This document shows, piece after piece, positions 63,336-64,000 of a stretch of DNA of 64,000 nt. The position numbers and the translations under genes are program-made. The DNA lies in the NCBI GenBank assembly GCA_024679065.1, contig JAGIQG010000016.1:46810001-46874000 (forward strand), read 5' to 3'. Source of the DNA: Sphyrna mokarran (Eukaryota). Position 1 is the first letter of the stretch; each line of letters opens with the position of its first letter. The notes below the pieces were generated by a model that worked only from the letters and a program-made list of their open reading frames with translations, was not told where the DNA came from and ran no database searches.

Positions 63336-64000
63336 ATAATAAAATGTTCACCGAATTATTTGGTGTACTTGTCTATGATGGAAAAGAACTTTCATTTATG
63401 TAAGTTGAATATATTCCTATGTATACATAAACTTGTATACATTGTGCCATGTGATACCAAATGGGCTTTCCTTACGCTGTTTACCATATACAGTAGTGAG
63501 TGGGTTGCATTATTGTTAAAGACATATATCATCATAAAACCTATTATGGTATTGTTTTGACACTAGCAGTCAGACTTGTGCAAAGGAGACTGAAATGGTA
63601 ATCAATTCAAGTAGCAACAGTGTCATTTGTATATATACTCCTGAGTACTAAGACTAAAACATTATTTTACATTTCTATTTGCAATATTTATTATAGGGCT
63701 AATGAAACTGAACAGTCGCTGTGCACTGACCGTCCATGAATGACACAAAAAAGCACTGTTGCATTGAGGTATACTAGAATTGAGTAATAGAATGTGATAT
63801 AAAACTTTTTTTTTTAATCCACAGCAAATAATTATGAATTATTCAACCATTCTGTGCTTACAGTGAGGAGTCAAATGCTGAACTGCTCAGTAACATCAAC
63901 ATTTGAGGTAAATGTGTAGCAATAAAATCTTAACATGAGGGAAGATTTTCACTGATTGTTGCAATATGACATTGTAAAGATAGCAGAAAACAATTATTTC

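Noticed and set aside
1-64000. CRISPR arrays, operons or prokaryotic/phage defence systems
   Set aside because: There are no regularly spaced repeats and no gene-dense coding structure; the sequence is vertebrate, repeat-rich non-coding DNA.

Overview
Eukaryotic, AT-rich vertebrate genomic DNA, almost certainly from a shark or other elasmobranch. The evidence is multiple HE1-type V-SINEs with HER1/CR1 tails, Deu-domain SINEs, and shark-type CR1, L2, Rex1, Tx1, Penelope and Harbinger remnants. No intact protein-coding gene is recognisable. The listed ORFs are chance ORFs or decayed transposon frames, and the window looks like a long intron or gene desert. The only host-gene signals are a well-formed 30-nt candidate microexon on + (14859-14888) and a possible recursive splice site (42157-42164). 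The most interesting observations are: (i) a ~200-bp palindromic Penelope-derived element with a hammerhead-ribozyme-like core on each strand, flanked by a perfect 14-bp target-site duplication; (ii) a CR1-group LINE whose 5' end is the body of the local tRNA-derived SINE; (iii) a 21-nt insertion apparently templated from ~900 bp away; (iv) a three-level SINE/LTR/Tx1 nest; (v) a two-gene Harbinger fossil with many candidate non-autonomous derivatives. All calls were made by eye from remembered family consensus features. No alignments were run, and repeat boundaries are approximate (often +/-20-50 bp).
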